Origin: Octopus sinensis
Taxonomy: Eukaryota
NCBI RefSeq assembly: GCF_006345805.1
Contig: NC_042997.1
Span: forward strand, 17,174,001-17,238,000
Direction: 5' to 3'
Length of the DNA: 64,000 nt
Shown here: positions 1 to 12,611 of the stretch, one piece after another
How the letters are laid out: every line of letters starts with the position of its first letter
Position numbering within the stretch: position 1 is the first letter of the stretch
Position numbers and translations under genes: made by a program
Notes under the pieces: model-generated
What the model saw: only the letters and a program-made list of their open reading frames with translations
What the model was told of the DNA's origin: nothing
Database searches by the model: none

Positions 1-1489
1 ATATATAAGTCATATTTGAATACTAAACAACAGTAATAATACTGAATTAATCTAGACAAGAGTTATGATGGTATACATTTATTCTTACTATATAGCATTC
101 TTTCCATATTTTTTCTTTTGTTTTCACAACACACAACCATTCTTGCCATAACTCCCTACTGGTGCTAGCCATTGCATATTTCCATTAATTTATGAAAAGC
201 TAAACCTTAAAAGATTGTTACTACAGTACATTTGAAGAATATAACCCATTATTCGTAATGAATGCTGCAAACAAACAGTTTGTACGACATGTAACCACTG
301 TTTTGTGACTGACACAAATTGCAGTTCTCTTGCTCTCCATCTCTCTCTCTCCCTCACTCACTCACTCTTTCATTCTCTACCCGCTGTCACCACACTTTGT
401 TACTATAATTACTAACTTAACTGGACCTTGAAAACAAAAACAGGGAAAAAAAAATTATTATTCCCTCACCACATCCTGAGTGTTTAGTCTCTAAGTCATC
501 TGTATATCATGCTCTGTGTCCTTTCAATAAGCCAGCCCACTTTATTAAATGAATGAATGGATTCATCTCACACTACCATGAACAAAAAATATAAACACAG
601 GCATTGAAAAGTATTTTTGTGATGATGAAGATGATGATGATAACAGAGCAAAGATGTTGGTCATGATGATAATCATAACAATAATGATAGTGGTTATGAT
701 GATGATGATGATACAAGGTTAGAAATGCATAAGCCCTTTTCCACCAGTCAAATCCCATTTGCCATTCCCATCACTATTTGCTGCTATGATTTTGATGGAC
801 TCTGCAAAACCACTATCAGAGCCTCAAAGAAATTGCAGATGATGATGATATTAATAATAATAATAAAAAAGAAGCTATTACTGCTGCTGTTACCACCACC
901 ACCACCACCATCACCACTGCATAATAATAATAATAATAATAATGAGTTGTTTCTAAAAATGGGGAAGACAATGATAATAATGATAATAATGTTAACGTTA
1001 ATAACAGTCATCATAATAACAATGATGATAATCAACATTTTGAAAACACAATGTAAGAGGCAAAAATAAATAAATTATCAAATACATAAACTAAATAAAT
1101 GAATAATAAAACTATTGAAAACATTAGGGAATTTCATTTTTTTTAATACCTAATGTTATTCTTTTCTTTTTTTTTAAATCGTGAAGTGGGGGGAAGGGGT
1201 GTGCAAAAAAGACTTGAATATAGAAATAACATGATATTAGTTGTTAAAAGTAAAAAAAGAAAACTACAAGGCAGGAAATATACAAAATAATATTAAAAAT
1301 AACAACAAATCAAGCAAAAGAAAATAATATTGTAACTGTAGAAGAGATATAAAGAAATTGTCTAATCTCCATGTTGAGTTCCATATATTGATCAGTTATG
1401 AAGAAAACAGTGGCGTTTAGATCCCTAGTGGCTAAATTATAAAAATAGTAATAAATCAAGACTTTGTTTCTTTCTTCCTTCATTTATGG

Positions 1490-1865
1490 TTTCTGTTTAT
1501 CTACATGTATATTTGAATGTGTTTGTATGTATGCATACACACACACATATGTGCAGGTATGTATACATACATACATGTGTGAAAATATATATAATATATA
1601 TGTGTATATATATGTATATAAATATATATGTTAATATATATATGTGTGTGTGTGTACATATATACATATACATATACACATGTATGCTTGCATATGTATG
1701 TGTGTATATATATAAATATATATATACACATACAAATGTATATACATAATATATATATATATTTATATGTATACATACACATACACATATATAGATACAT
1801 ATATAAATACATATATATACACATGCATATTATATATATATATATATGGAATATGTGTGTGTGTA
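1490..1865. repeat. Compound (TA)n/(CA)n/(TG)n microsatellite
   Basis: Alternating purine-pyrimidine dinucleotide mosaic; accounts for the Y/I/C/V/H/T ORFs at 1486-1914. Confidence 0.95.
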
Positions 1866-2104
1866 AATGAATGACAAAGAAACAATGAAGATGTTTTAAG
1901 AAATTTTTCAGCAAAAATACTGTGGGAATGAGAAAAGGAGGAAAAAAAAATCTTAGAAATTACTTAGATATAAAAAGGGTTTAGAAATTTTTGCTGATGG
2001 CAGAGAATTTATATATTACATTAATGTTTGTGTGTATAAGTGTGTCTAAATCTGTTTATTGCGCTTACGCACATTTATGCATAGAAAGCAGACGAAAAAT
2101 TATG

Positions 2105-2153
<49 letters not shown>

Positions 2154-2343
2154 AAATGATTATAAAATGATGATTTAATACAAATATATATGCATGCACA
2201 TATGCTTACATACATATGTGTATCACATGTATGCATATATATTTAGTTGTATATGTGTATGTGCACCCATCCATACATACACATACTTACATGCATGTAT
2301 GCTTGTGCACGCACACACACATGTACACATATATACATATATA

Positions 2344-2620
2344 GATGCTGGCTTAGCCCAGTGATTAAAAAATTCAACTCTGCAGTCATGATATTGTGAG
2401 TTCAATTTCACTGCATAGCATCTTGGGTAAGGGAATTCTACCAATGCTTTAGGGCAATTCAAATCTTATGAGTGGAATCAAGTAGGCACAAACTGTACGG
2501 AAGTTCATGAATTGGGATGTGCCTGTTATGTGAAAATCCATTTGTGCCACACCATGTGTCATACTGATTCTACTTGACAATTACATTAAAGTAATATGTG
2601 TCTGTGGAATATGCAGCCAT
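2344..2620 (+). mobile_element. Decayed tRNA-derived SINE (family B)
   Basis: A-box-like TGGCTTAGCCCAGTGATT, B-box-like GAGTTCAATTTC, then GCATCTTGGGTAAGG; homologous to copies at 11293, 16775, 26185 and 36165. Confidence 0.6.
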
Positions 2621-2624
2621 TTAT

Positions 2625-2727
2625 GATTTATTCAACGTGTAGTAACCACTGGAATTCCTAACAGCAAACCTTACAGATTTCTTTACATTAGTTTTGTTTC
2701 GGCATATATGTATGAACTGTGTATGTG

Positions 2728-2777
<50 letters not shown>

Positions 2778-3260
2778 AATATATATACATACATATATGT
2801 ACATTCATACTTATTATATATGTATATAGATATGCATATATGGGTACAGGACGTCAGAAAATGTAAACAACATGAAATATGAAAATAAAGTTGGGTATGC
2901 AAGCCATGAGAGAAACAAAAGGAAAATAAGACAAGTAACATAAAAATCGACCCTTCATCAGTTGTCAGCTGTCCTTCTACTCCTTATTTCAAGCATTGAA
3001 CGACAATATAAGACTTTGAAGGCAGTTGCTCTTGTGAATAAAATTTGGGATTTGTGGAAGTAACAAAAACAGGACAATGGAGACATACAAGGAAACTGAA
3101 TGAAAACAAACATGGAGGGTTGATAGACCAGACGAGGTAAAGTATTGAATGCTGGAGAAATATTGTCTTTGACAAGAGAAAAAATAGAAGAGGAGATATA
3201 TAAGAATACATGCAGTCTGTACGACAACACTGAATGAAAAGAAATAATTTAGTTCTTCAT
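2625..3260 (-). mobile_element. Probable Penelope-like retroelement remnant (GIY-YIG 3' end plus downstream repeat, interrupted by (CA)n)
   Basis: Minus-strand SLVKDNISPAFNT..LVYQ resembles the motif preceding Penelope GIY-YIG domains; ends in ACAACTGATGAAGG, typical of PLE ORF ends. Heavily decayed. Confidence 0.4.
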
Positions 3261-3354
3261 CTGTTGAAAACATGCCACTATATTTGTACAATTAAATGCA
3301 AGTAATATATACTGAAATAATAATCCCCATAAGGGCTGGATCTCCATTTATCAG

Positions 3355-3710
3355 CGTCATTGTCGTCATCATCATCATTCAAAATCTGTCTTCCATGCTG
3401 GTATGGCTTGAATGGTTTGACAGAGGATGGCAAACCCAAGAATTGTGTCAAAATTAACTGTCTGCTTTGTCATGATTTCTATGGCTGGATGCCCTTTCTA
3501 ATGCTAATCACTTTACAGAGCATACTGGGTGCTTTTTATGTGGTACCAGCATAAGTGGGGCCACCAAGTTAACTTGCAAGATAAAATCCCTCAACTGAGA
3601 TGGGAAGTGGAATTGAGTGAGATGGCTTTGTGGCAGATGATGAGAGGTTAAACTATGATAGAGGGATAGAATCAGGTGTCTTGCGACAGATGAAATACAT
3701 GGCTACTCAG
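3355..3710 (-). mobile_element. RTE-family 3' end / RTE-tailed short element
   Basis: (CAT)n tail on +, then CTTCCATGCTGGTATGG...GGCTGGATGCCCTTTCTAATGCTAATCACT, the reverse complement of the 3' UTR at 16260-16423 and 43543. Confidence 0.7.
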
Positions 3711-3787
3711 AGAAAGAAAGAAAGAGGGAGATAGAGAAAGAAAAATAAAGAGAGAAAGCAAGAAAGATGGTGGCATATATGTATTTA

Positions 3788-3827
<40 letters not shown>

Positions 3828-4322
3828 TCATATTATAAAAACATATTTGAAAGTATATGTGTGTGTGTTTATATATGTAATATGTAAATATTTTGTTTTG
3901 CCTCTCCAGTTTTGTTAGGTGTGTATATATGTGAGAGGGAGAAAGAGAGAGACACTATTTAACTTGAGAATCATGAATATCAAGATGACATACTATAATA
4001 CTTCATTCTTGTACTATTACATCCATCCAGCTACACCACTTTTTATGGCAATAAAAGTAAACATTATTATAAAATACTACAAAGTAACAGATTTGTTGCA
4101 GATTGAATTAACCTTCGTATATGAAATTATTTTTTACATTCTCAAATCTCATTCACATTTTTTAGGGTGGTGGGTAGTTGAACATAGAGGGATGAAAGTA
4201 TATGCTGTAAGGTATTTAATCCAGTGTTTCATCTATGCTGCCACTCCATTGCTTACATATGTTCAATAGTACTGAGATAAATAAAGAAATGTTACTTGCA
4301 GTTAAGTTGATTATCACCTTAC

Positions 4323-4390
4323 CAAATGTAGTTTTTGACAAATTTTTTACTCACCTGAAAAATACAAAAGATAAAAGCACAGAATTAGAA
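4323..4390 (-). other. Candidate recursive splice site with 32-nt RS-exon or microexon
   Basis: Minus strand: CTAAT branch-point-like motif (4388-4384), long T-rich tract, TTTTTCAG|GTGAGT (junction 4355/4354), second donor TTG|GTAAGG at 4323/4322. Confidence 0.4.
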
Positions 4391-4976
4391 ATTTGAAAAA
4401 TAAAACCAACAAAAAAGAATGTAATAACAAAATATTTAGTGTTAAGATTGTGATTTTCTCTCATTTGTTAGCCCCATCTTTAGAATGTTTATTTTCAATA
4501 TTTATGTGTACACAATCTTTCGATCTTCAGTCATCATAATGTGTCTTTTTTTTATGATAACTAAATGGTTTTAGATTCAATTCAAACTAGGAATGTATTT
4601 TAAACCAAGAAGAGTAATTTGTTTATCCACTATGTTATTTGTATATTATTTTCCTTAGTTTACATAATGGTTCCTAGTTTGAATGCATTATTCACACATA
4701 TTTATATATATGTATATATATGTGTGTGTGTGTGTGTTCAAAAATTATATAGAAGCACAACTAATGGAAAATACACTCATAGAATGTTACTAAATCCTCA
4801 TCAGTTGTCATCCAAAAAATCAAAGGCATGAAATTGTTATGATCCTTTGGATGATAAGTGACAAGGATTTAGCAACGTTCTATGTGTGTGTTTTCTGTTT
4901 GCTGTGCTTCTATATAGTTTTCAAACATATTGTTTAATGTAATGCTATGCACATTCTTGTTTTGTAATTATTCAGT

Positions 4977-5012
<36 letters not shown>

Positions 5013-5689
5013 CATGAATATGTGTGTGTGTGTGTGTGTGTATAGAAAAACGATCTATACATGTCAACAAATATATGCGTGTTCATTAAAAACCATGTGA
5101 TAATACATAAGAATATAGTGACAATATAAAGAAAGCCATAAAAGAAGTACTAGACTAAAATAAGTATTATTATTGATAGATATGATTGACTGAAATCATT
5201 GAAGGCAGTTCCATAGCATGGTTGCAGTTCAATGAATGAAGCCAGCAAAAGAATATATTCTAAAGATTAAGCTATCAATCCTGAAAATTATGACCTAAGG
5301 AATAACAAAGAATCATTGTAGATATTTATGTGTCTTATAAACTCTTTAATATTTGATAATTGGCAAAATAATTATTTTAATTAATCTAGTTCATTATTAT
5401 TCAGCTATGGGACTAACTACTTCATCGTCATCCAGAGAATATCATTGATAATATCAAGTTAATACTAATTAGAATTTCTGATACTAAGAGAGCCATAAAT
5501 TTTGTGAAAGTGGGGGATGTAGTCAAATGAATATAAATCTGCAAACATCACTTTTACTCATTATAGTGGACATATAATAATGATGGGCAAAGACCACAGA
5601 ATTGTTAGAATTATCATGCTAACACATGAACAGACTTTGAAACATTAATAACATGAAACAATATATTTCTAAATGAGAAAATAACTTGG

Positions 5690-6005
5690 CGGTTTATTGT
5701 AATGAGTTAGGCAGAGGAAGAGGGACAGTCCCTCTGACCTTTGCAGGCCCAAGATTGATACGGTTGATGTTCAACTTGAACATTTGTAGGTCAATAGTTG
5801 CAGGAAAAGTGTGGGTGGTGAGAAAATTTCAGGGGTTTGTAGGTCTGAGTGAAGTGATTTAGGGTTGGATCTGGGGTGTGTGACATGGTGTGGATAATGA
5901 GAAAAGGAGACATGGGTGTGTCAAATTGGTTTGAGTGGAAATGGTATGTAACTAGCTAATTTAGAAAAATAGAGGCTATTATAATATTAATAGAAGAGGC
6001 AAAGA
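5690..6005 (-). mobile_element. CR1/L2-clade LINE 3' end
   Basis: Minus-strand fragments LFY*YYNSLYFSKLASYIP, PRSNP and PATIDLQMFKLNINRINL match the C-terminal consensus of CR1/L2-type ORF2. Confidence 0.6.
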
Positions 6006-6857
6006 GTGAAAACATTGTATCTGTGGAGGGTGTTGGTGACTGAATAATTGTTGATCTATAGAATGGATTTCTTTTTGATGTATCTAGGATGTATAATAAA
6101 TTATTGGCTCAATTATCATAATTAATTTATGGTATATCATACATTATGATTCCATGTTGATTTTTAAAATGTTGATCAAATTTGCTGTAGAAGAATTTTT
6201 AAGAGGAGAGATAACTGACATGAGAGTATAATATTTAGTGTACAAGTAAGATGTGTGTGGTAAGATGGGGTGTGAAGGTGTGTAATGATGAATGTAAAAG
6301 ACACAAACAATTATCAGTGATGAATCTGATGTGAAATAACCAATGCATATTTCATTTAAAACAAAATGAAAACTAAATCTGAAAATGTTTTAAATATGAT
6401 CTGAAAATGTTAACTCTTATTCTGTATGTTGATTAACTTAGTAAACTATGACAATTCAAACAAATATATGTAAAATTTGTAGTCATGATTATGATTCCTT
6501 ATACTGGGAAGGTTATATATTTTTATGGAGGGACAACTTTTGTCAGTTGAATATACATCTAGAAGCATCTCTGGCATTATTTTATTGGACACAGTATAAC
6601 AAAAGATAAAGTTGTCACTTGGTAGGGTTTGAACTCAAAATCCAGAATAACACTCTAAATGTTGTTAGGCATTTCATGATTTAGTATTACTCTTATTCTA
6701 CTTTTTAAAATTTGCAATATATTCAGTATTTTTCTATTGAAGCTAATTCACCTGTAGGAAGAATGATAATGTTGGCCCTGAGTAATGTTTGAACATAACT
6801 GTATCAATAAACTAAATACTATAGAAGAAAATATACAAAGAAAGACTTCCTATTAAC

Positions 6858-7898
6858 CATATCACCAGTGAACGTTATATTAACAAAAATTTTATAGAAG
6901 AGATTGTTTTTATCAGGTGGATTGCATAATTGCATTGCAGAGCCTAATTCTTCCAACTGACTAGTGAAGTTGATAAATGTGTATCCTTACTCTTATCTCA
7001 CTCAATATATGAAGACAAAAACCTACAACTTTGCCTACAAGATGGGTTGTATAACACTGACAATATAACACATTAAATCTTGGAACTACAAGAGAAATCA
7101 TTTCAGAACAAAAAAAAATTGTTTAGCATTAAGGATTATATCTGATATCGTTTAAAGTTTTTGAATCAATGTTTTCATAAAATATAATTCAAAATGCAAT
7201 GCAAAAATGAAATATGCACAACTTGTTTTAGATAACTATAAAGGTCCATATTTGACTACAAAAGAAAATACGATTAATTACTTGTTCTGTAGAAGCTTTG
7301 TACTATATAAAATATCCAGAAAACTTCTGATAAGATTAAGCTGGCAGAAAGATAAGTACATAGAGGAAAAAAGAGAGACAGAAACAAACAAAGAGGAAGA
7401 AAACTCAGAGGTGGAGGAGGTTGACTACCATGGCAGCTTATCAGATGTGAAGAGAAGTTTGCCAATGTTTACTTAAGCAATGATGTGGTTCAGCAATGAG
7501 AAGTTTGACACAAAAAACATATCTTATTAAGTAGAAAATGATTTCTCTGCATGAGTTTACTTTTCTTCATTAAGCGTAATTGAACTAAAGAACAGAAAGC
7601 TATGTCTTTGCCATTATCAGAAGTATCATAGAAGCAGCAAGTTGCATGATTGGGAGTAAAGGAGAAGATCGTTTTAATATTCTCATTGACAGGTCAAACA
7701 AGTATACAGAAGAATTTTGTACAAAAGTAAGTTCTTTCATTTCAGAAACTAATTGAGTTAGTAGGCGGCAACATTAATAACTTTGGGATGTTTATTGAAT
7801 TAGATTCCTGTGATGGTGCACTGGGAAATGCAACAGATACATACTTTGGCATTGGGAAACATGTTATTGAATCAATAGTTCAGGTTTACAACAGTTAG
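6858..7898 (+). pseudogene. Unidentified decayed intronless coding sequence
   Basis: Successive protein-like open stretches in shifting frames (HITSERYINKNF..., FQLTSEVDKCVSLLLSHSIYEDKNLQLCLQDGLYNTDN, ORF 7207-7476, RTESYVFAIIRSIIEAAS...RSNKYTEEFCTK, KLIELVGGNINNFGMFIELDSCDGALGNA); no microsatellites inside. Confidence 0.45.
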
Positions 7899-8221
7899 GA
7901 AGGGAATGTACTGACTGATAACTTGTAAACAGTTTCTTCACTGTTATGATTAATAGGAGACCAATGGAATTGGCACAGATGGTTGAGAGTAGGCCTTTGT
8001 ATATGTTATTAGTATCTAGTATGTTGACTCAGTTACTGCGTTCAAATCCCGTTGGGAGTCAAATTTTCCAATCCTCCCATTGGTGTTAATAAAAATAAGT
8101 GCCAATATATGCTGAAGTTGAACTAATCAATACTATTCTCTTTTCTTCTTATAATGCTCTGTGTTGCTAGTAAAAGCAATTAATATAATCAATATCTGTT
8201 AAACATGGCATTAGTTTGCCT

Positions 8222-8417
8222 TTATTTAAAGATTTTGTTTATATTTATTTTGTCTTAATATTCTTGTTTAAGGTTTTATTTATTTTTATTTAGTCTTCAT
8301 GGGACAAACTCAAACCTGTTAACATCTGATAATTCACACTTTGTTTAAAGTTTCTTTTATATTTATTTAGTCTTCATAGAATAAGTTTAAAACTAGTTTA
8401 CATCTGAGAATTCACCT
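8222..8417. repeat. Diverged ~77-bp tandem repeat (about 2.5 units)
   Basis: Units at 8264-8340 and 8341-8417 share TTGTTTAA, TTTATTTAGTCTTCAT and ACATCTGA(T/G)AATTCAC. Confidence 0.7.
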
Positions 8418-9629
8418 CGTATATTTGGTCATATTTGTTTGAAGAATACTGTTGAAATACTGCTAAAAATAAAAGAAGAGCATAAAATGTCCTTTCAGCT
8501 TTAGGCAGTATTTTATAATTTGGTTACCTAACATAGATTTGATCACAAATTAGAAGTAAATTACTAAGTAAATTTGGTACTAAAACATTTAGTTGTAACT
8601 TTAGCATAAAATATCAAAAACATATGATTCGTTTTGTACACATACATATCACATTTTCTATACATTTTTAAGCATCTTTTTTAGTTTGCATTTGAAGTAA
8701 TATGGAACAGAGTTTGTAGATATCTATACATGAATAGTTAGATAAAGAGTTTTGCTTTTGGTAGTAAGTTCTAATAGTCATTTGTTTACAGAGGTTCCAT
8801 AAAAATTTCATCTTCATATGTGTCTAGGACAAGTCAGCAAACTCACTCCTTCCCATTCTGGAATCGTTAGTGGAGAGACACACAGCTCTGTGTGCAGGTT
8901 AATAGAATATGCTTTTAAACAGTTGCAATGGCTTCAAATAGTTTCCCCATGGTGCATAGTGTGTGTTGAATTGCTAGATATAAAGGTGCATAGCCTAGAG
9001 ACTAGTATGTTTTGCTTATAATCATAAGATTGTGAGACAAGTTTCTGGCACTTCCTTTCATGTTGTTCCACTCTGCTTAGCTGAAATGAGAATTAGCTAG
9101 TTGCAGGAGCAGCTCTCTCTATCTGCAGCTGTCACATTCTGAATATCCTACTGGGCCAAAAGTGTGTGGGTTTTGAGGAGGTTTATGTCATCTTGTGACT
9201 GTATAGGTATCTAAAAACAATTGGTGAAAGTATGATACATGTTACTGAATCATACTCACTCATGAATGAAGGATGGCTATACTGGCTGCTTAGAGCTAAG
9301 TACTTCACTCACACATACAGTACAGTGCCTGCATCAGAATTTGAACAAAAAACTTTCAGCTGGAAATTTAGCTTCTTATTGATTTAGAATTCTCCTCCTG
9401 GATTCTATGCCAAATCTTTTAGCAAGCAAAGAAAAAAATGTTTCATTTATGTTTTTTAGTTATTGGTTTGCACTAAGAATGCAATACATCTATAAACATA
9501 CATGTACCAAGACTACAGGCCTTTCTATTGGAATTCTTAATGGAATCATTAGGTAGGAAACAAGTTTCCATATTTTTTGTTTCAATTTTTATTTATATAT
9601 AGTGTTATTTTAACTCTGCTAACAGATAA

Positions 9630-10200
9630 TTACTTATTATTATTGTTACTATGATTATTTATTATTATTATTGTTATTATTATCATTATTATTATTATCA
9701 TTATTATTCTACTTGTCTTATTTATATTGCATGCTTTCACTGCACAATCGAATGCAGTTCTGTGTGCCTTGGGTATGTGCAGTGTTTTGTTTCGTCTATG
9801 TGTTTATCTATTGTATTGAAAATACTCACAGTGCCTAGTAGTGCTATTTTCTGATTTTCTGTGTAAGTACTGGAGTTTTGGTTATGTATTTGTTTACAGT
9901 GTTTTTTTATCATTCCTAAAGCAATCATCATCATCATCAGTAGTATTGTTTCTGTTGCAAATTCCCACATGTTCTATTTATCTCTATTTGTAGATCTTTA
10001 TATTTGGATATCTTTTCTCCATTTCTTTTAAATATATATTGTTGTTTATTGGAATTTGTTCATCAATTAAGAGAAATTTCTTTTCCTGATGGAATTTAAC
10101 AATAACATTGGGTAGATATGCCTTAGTTCCCCTGTTAATATGGATTGGCTTGTCCCAGACTATAAACATTTTGTCTTTTTCTGTGACCCTTTGTGGTGTA
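9630..10200 (-). mobile_element. R4/Dong-like (RLE endonuclease) non-LTR element, 3' fragment with (TAA)n-type tail
   Basis: ORF 9984-10169 IVWDKPIH..R.TKAY.P.VIVK...KKFLLIDEQIP.N.NI..KE.EK and ORF 9737-9970 MW...TETI....ALGMIKK...QKIALLGT follow the RLE PD-(D/E)xK C-terminus; (TTA)n at 9630-9710. Confidence 0.8.
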
Positions 10201-10706
10201 AGAATAATAATGAAGATGATAGTGAAAGTTGTGGTAGTGATGGTTGTGATGAAGATGATGCTGATGTTGATGTCAACAACGATTATAATGCCAATAGTTA
10301 ACTACTAACGTTTCAACGATAAACTTGTTACATCCCATAATTTCATAACAAAATCATTGTGGGAAAATTCATTCCAATTTGAATGTTAAATTATGTTTCC
10401 CCTAGCTCATCAATAAGATTTCTACTTCAGTGACTGAAACTGGGGAAAACAGTAATTCTTACAGAATTTCTTATTTCAGTAATGGTAGAGGCATCTATTA
10501 GTTGCAAGATTACGGCATTACTATGTCTGTCATGTCTTCCTAGTTTGTTTCCTATTGATAATTTTCCTGAGCAGCATTCTTAATTGTTACAAAATTACTA
10601 CAAAACATCCTATAGGAGATCAATAGACTACTTAATAAGTTATGGGATGATAATTAGAATAAGATTTCTTGATTGATGATTAACTTTTGTCTATTAGCCT
10701 ACAAAC

Positions 10707-10738
<32 letters not shown>

Positions 10739-10820
10739 CTCCATCCATCTCCCACCCTCCCTCCCTCCATCCATCCATCCATCCATCCATCCATCCATCC
10801 ATCCATCCATCCATCCATCC
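10707..10820. repeat. (ATCT)n + (CCAT)n tetranucleotide microsatellite
   Basis: Visible directly; source of the IYLS/HPSI ORFs. Confidence 0.95.
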
Positions 10821-11292
10821 ATACATACATACATATGCTCATATATATGTGTGTGTGTGTGTGTTTATAGAAATGGAAACTAAAAAAAGTCTATTGTATA
10901 CATATACAATGTATGTATTTGAGTGTGTCGGTATTTTTATTTACGTATTCCCCACCTATCATGAGCTAGAGGCAGTAACACTTATCATTTCTCTTAAAAT
11001 ATCATTTGTTGGCTTTGTGCCTTCAAAGACCTACCTTTAAAATAAGAGATTCAATACTTAAAAGACAGGTAAAGTTTAGGGACAAAAAGTGCATGCAGCT
11101 GTGAAACAATGTCTCAAAACCACATTTGTCTAACATGGAAAAAAATGTATGTAAAAAAATCAGCAAACATACACACTCTCTCTCATTCACACATACATAC
11201 ATACACACATATATGTAACTTGAGAAGCCTATAATAATGATGATTTTTGTAAGAAGCAAAAACAAAACAATTTGAGGTTCAGTGTACATGAC

Positions 11293-11585
11293 TGGTCACA
11301 GACATAGCTGTATAGTTAAAAAGTTTGCTTTGCAATCACAAAATCTCAGGTTTGATCCCCCTGTGCAGCACCTTGGACAAGTAACTTTTATCATACCTTC
11401 AGGTCACCCAAGCTGTTTGGATGATTGTTGGATGGATTGTATGGATAATTAAAAGAGCCAGTCTTGACATCTGCAGGTACACTTGGCTTGCCTGAAAATT
11501 GTGCTAAGTGATATGTCTCTGTAGAATATTCAACCTCTTATATAGGCTAATTTATTGAGTGGGAACTGGAACACTCATTATTGAG
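11293..11585 (+). mobile_element. SINE family B
   Basis: tRNA-like head (GACATAGCTGTATAGTTAAAAAG...GGTTTGATCCC) followed by GCACCTTGGACAAGT. Confidence 0.65.
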
Positions 11586-11589
11586 ACTA

Positions 11590-11990
11590 GTAGATCGCTG
11601 GATGTTGAATCTCATGGTGGCGACAACAAATGACTGAGACTTTTGGTGATTTGCTGTGCTTGAGAAGACATGTCAAGCTTGTAGCTGGTGCTGAAGACAT
11701 GTGCCAGTGACACATAAATGTCAGCTGTGTTGGTGAAGCTGTTGACTTATAAAGAGTATTTGTGCTGATCATATGTAAAAGGCATCCATGCCAGTGATGC
11801 ATAAAAGACACTTGGTACACTCTATGGAGTGATTGGCATCAGGAAGGCCATCCAGCTATAGAAACCAAGCCAAAACAAACTAGAGCCTGGTGCAGCTCTC
11901 CAGCTTACCAGTTCCAGTCAAACCATCTAACCTATGCCAGTATGAAAAATGGATGCTAAATGATGATGATGATGATTATGATGATGATAA
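11590..11990 (+). mobile_element. RTE 3' end (ORF terminus, 3' UTR, (GAT)n tail)
   Basis: GCTGTGCTTGAGAAGAC ORF end, AGGAAGGCCATCCAGCTATAGAAACC UTR block, ...GGATGCTAAATGATGATGAT tail. Confidence 0.75.
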
Positions 11991-12611
11991 GTAGAAATCC
12001 ATTCAGATAATCAGTAAATACCAGTATTTTAACTGGCATGTAATTTTATCAATCCTGAAAGGATGGAAAGCAAAACTGACTTCAGTAAGTCTTGAATGCA
12101 AAATATATCTAGATAAACTAGATACAATACAAGATACATTACAAGACAAAAGTAAAGTAGTACATCAAACCATAGTTTACAGCACTGCACTTTTTAGTGC
12201 GGCAACAGCCCAAAATAAGACTACTGGACAATAATGATAATAATAATAATTTAAATAATTATAATGATAAAAATACAAACAATATATGTCTTTCCCAAAA
12301 GAATTAGCGAGGTGAAAAAAGCGGAGGTTATTGGGAATATTTATTTGGTCATCATATCTATTTTGCTGTCTCTTTATACTTATCACAATAAAAATGGCAC
12401 CAATGATGTGGTGCCTTAATGTCAAAGGATTCTTGAAAGGTGGCCAAATCATAAACTGCAACAATTTTCATTCTCAGGAGACATTCTTTAACTGATCACA
12501 TGAGAAACTACTCATACAAACACACACACACAACACCACCCCACACACACATGCATATACATATAAATATATGCATGCATATGAGTGTGTATACATACAC
12601 ATACATACATA

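Noticed and set aside
725-1069. ORFs with poly-M/I/L/P/N runs (725-1069, 784-1038, 573-758)
   Set aside because: Translations of GAT/AAT/CCA triplet repeats, open on both strands; no domain or splice support.
2930-2967. Minus-strand GACAA-CTGATGA...TTGTC (13-nt core repeated at 4798-4810) as a hammerhead
   Set aside because: Stem I-like closure is present in the first copy, but neither copy has a GAAA box.
6746-6770. Minus-strand CCTACAG|GTGAAT as a recursive site
   Set aside because: Short pyrimidine tract and weak donor.
7693-7726. Apparent plus-strand microexon (ACAG...AAA|GTAAGT)
   Set aside because: The reading frame continues through both putative splice sites; better explained by the decayed ORF.
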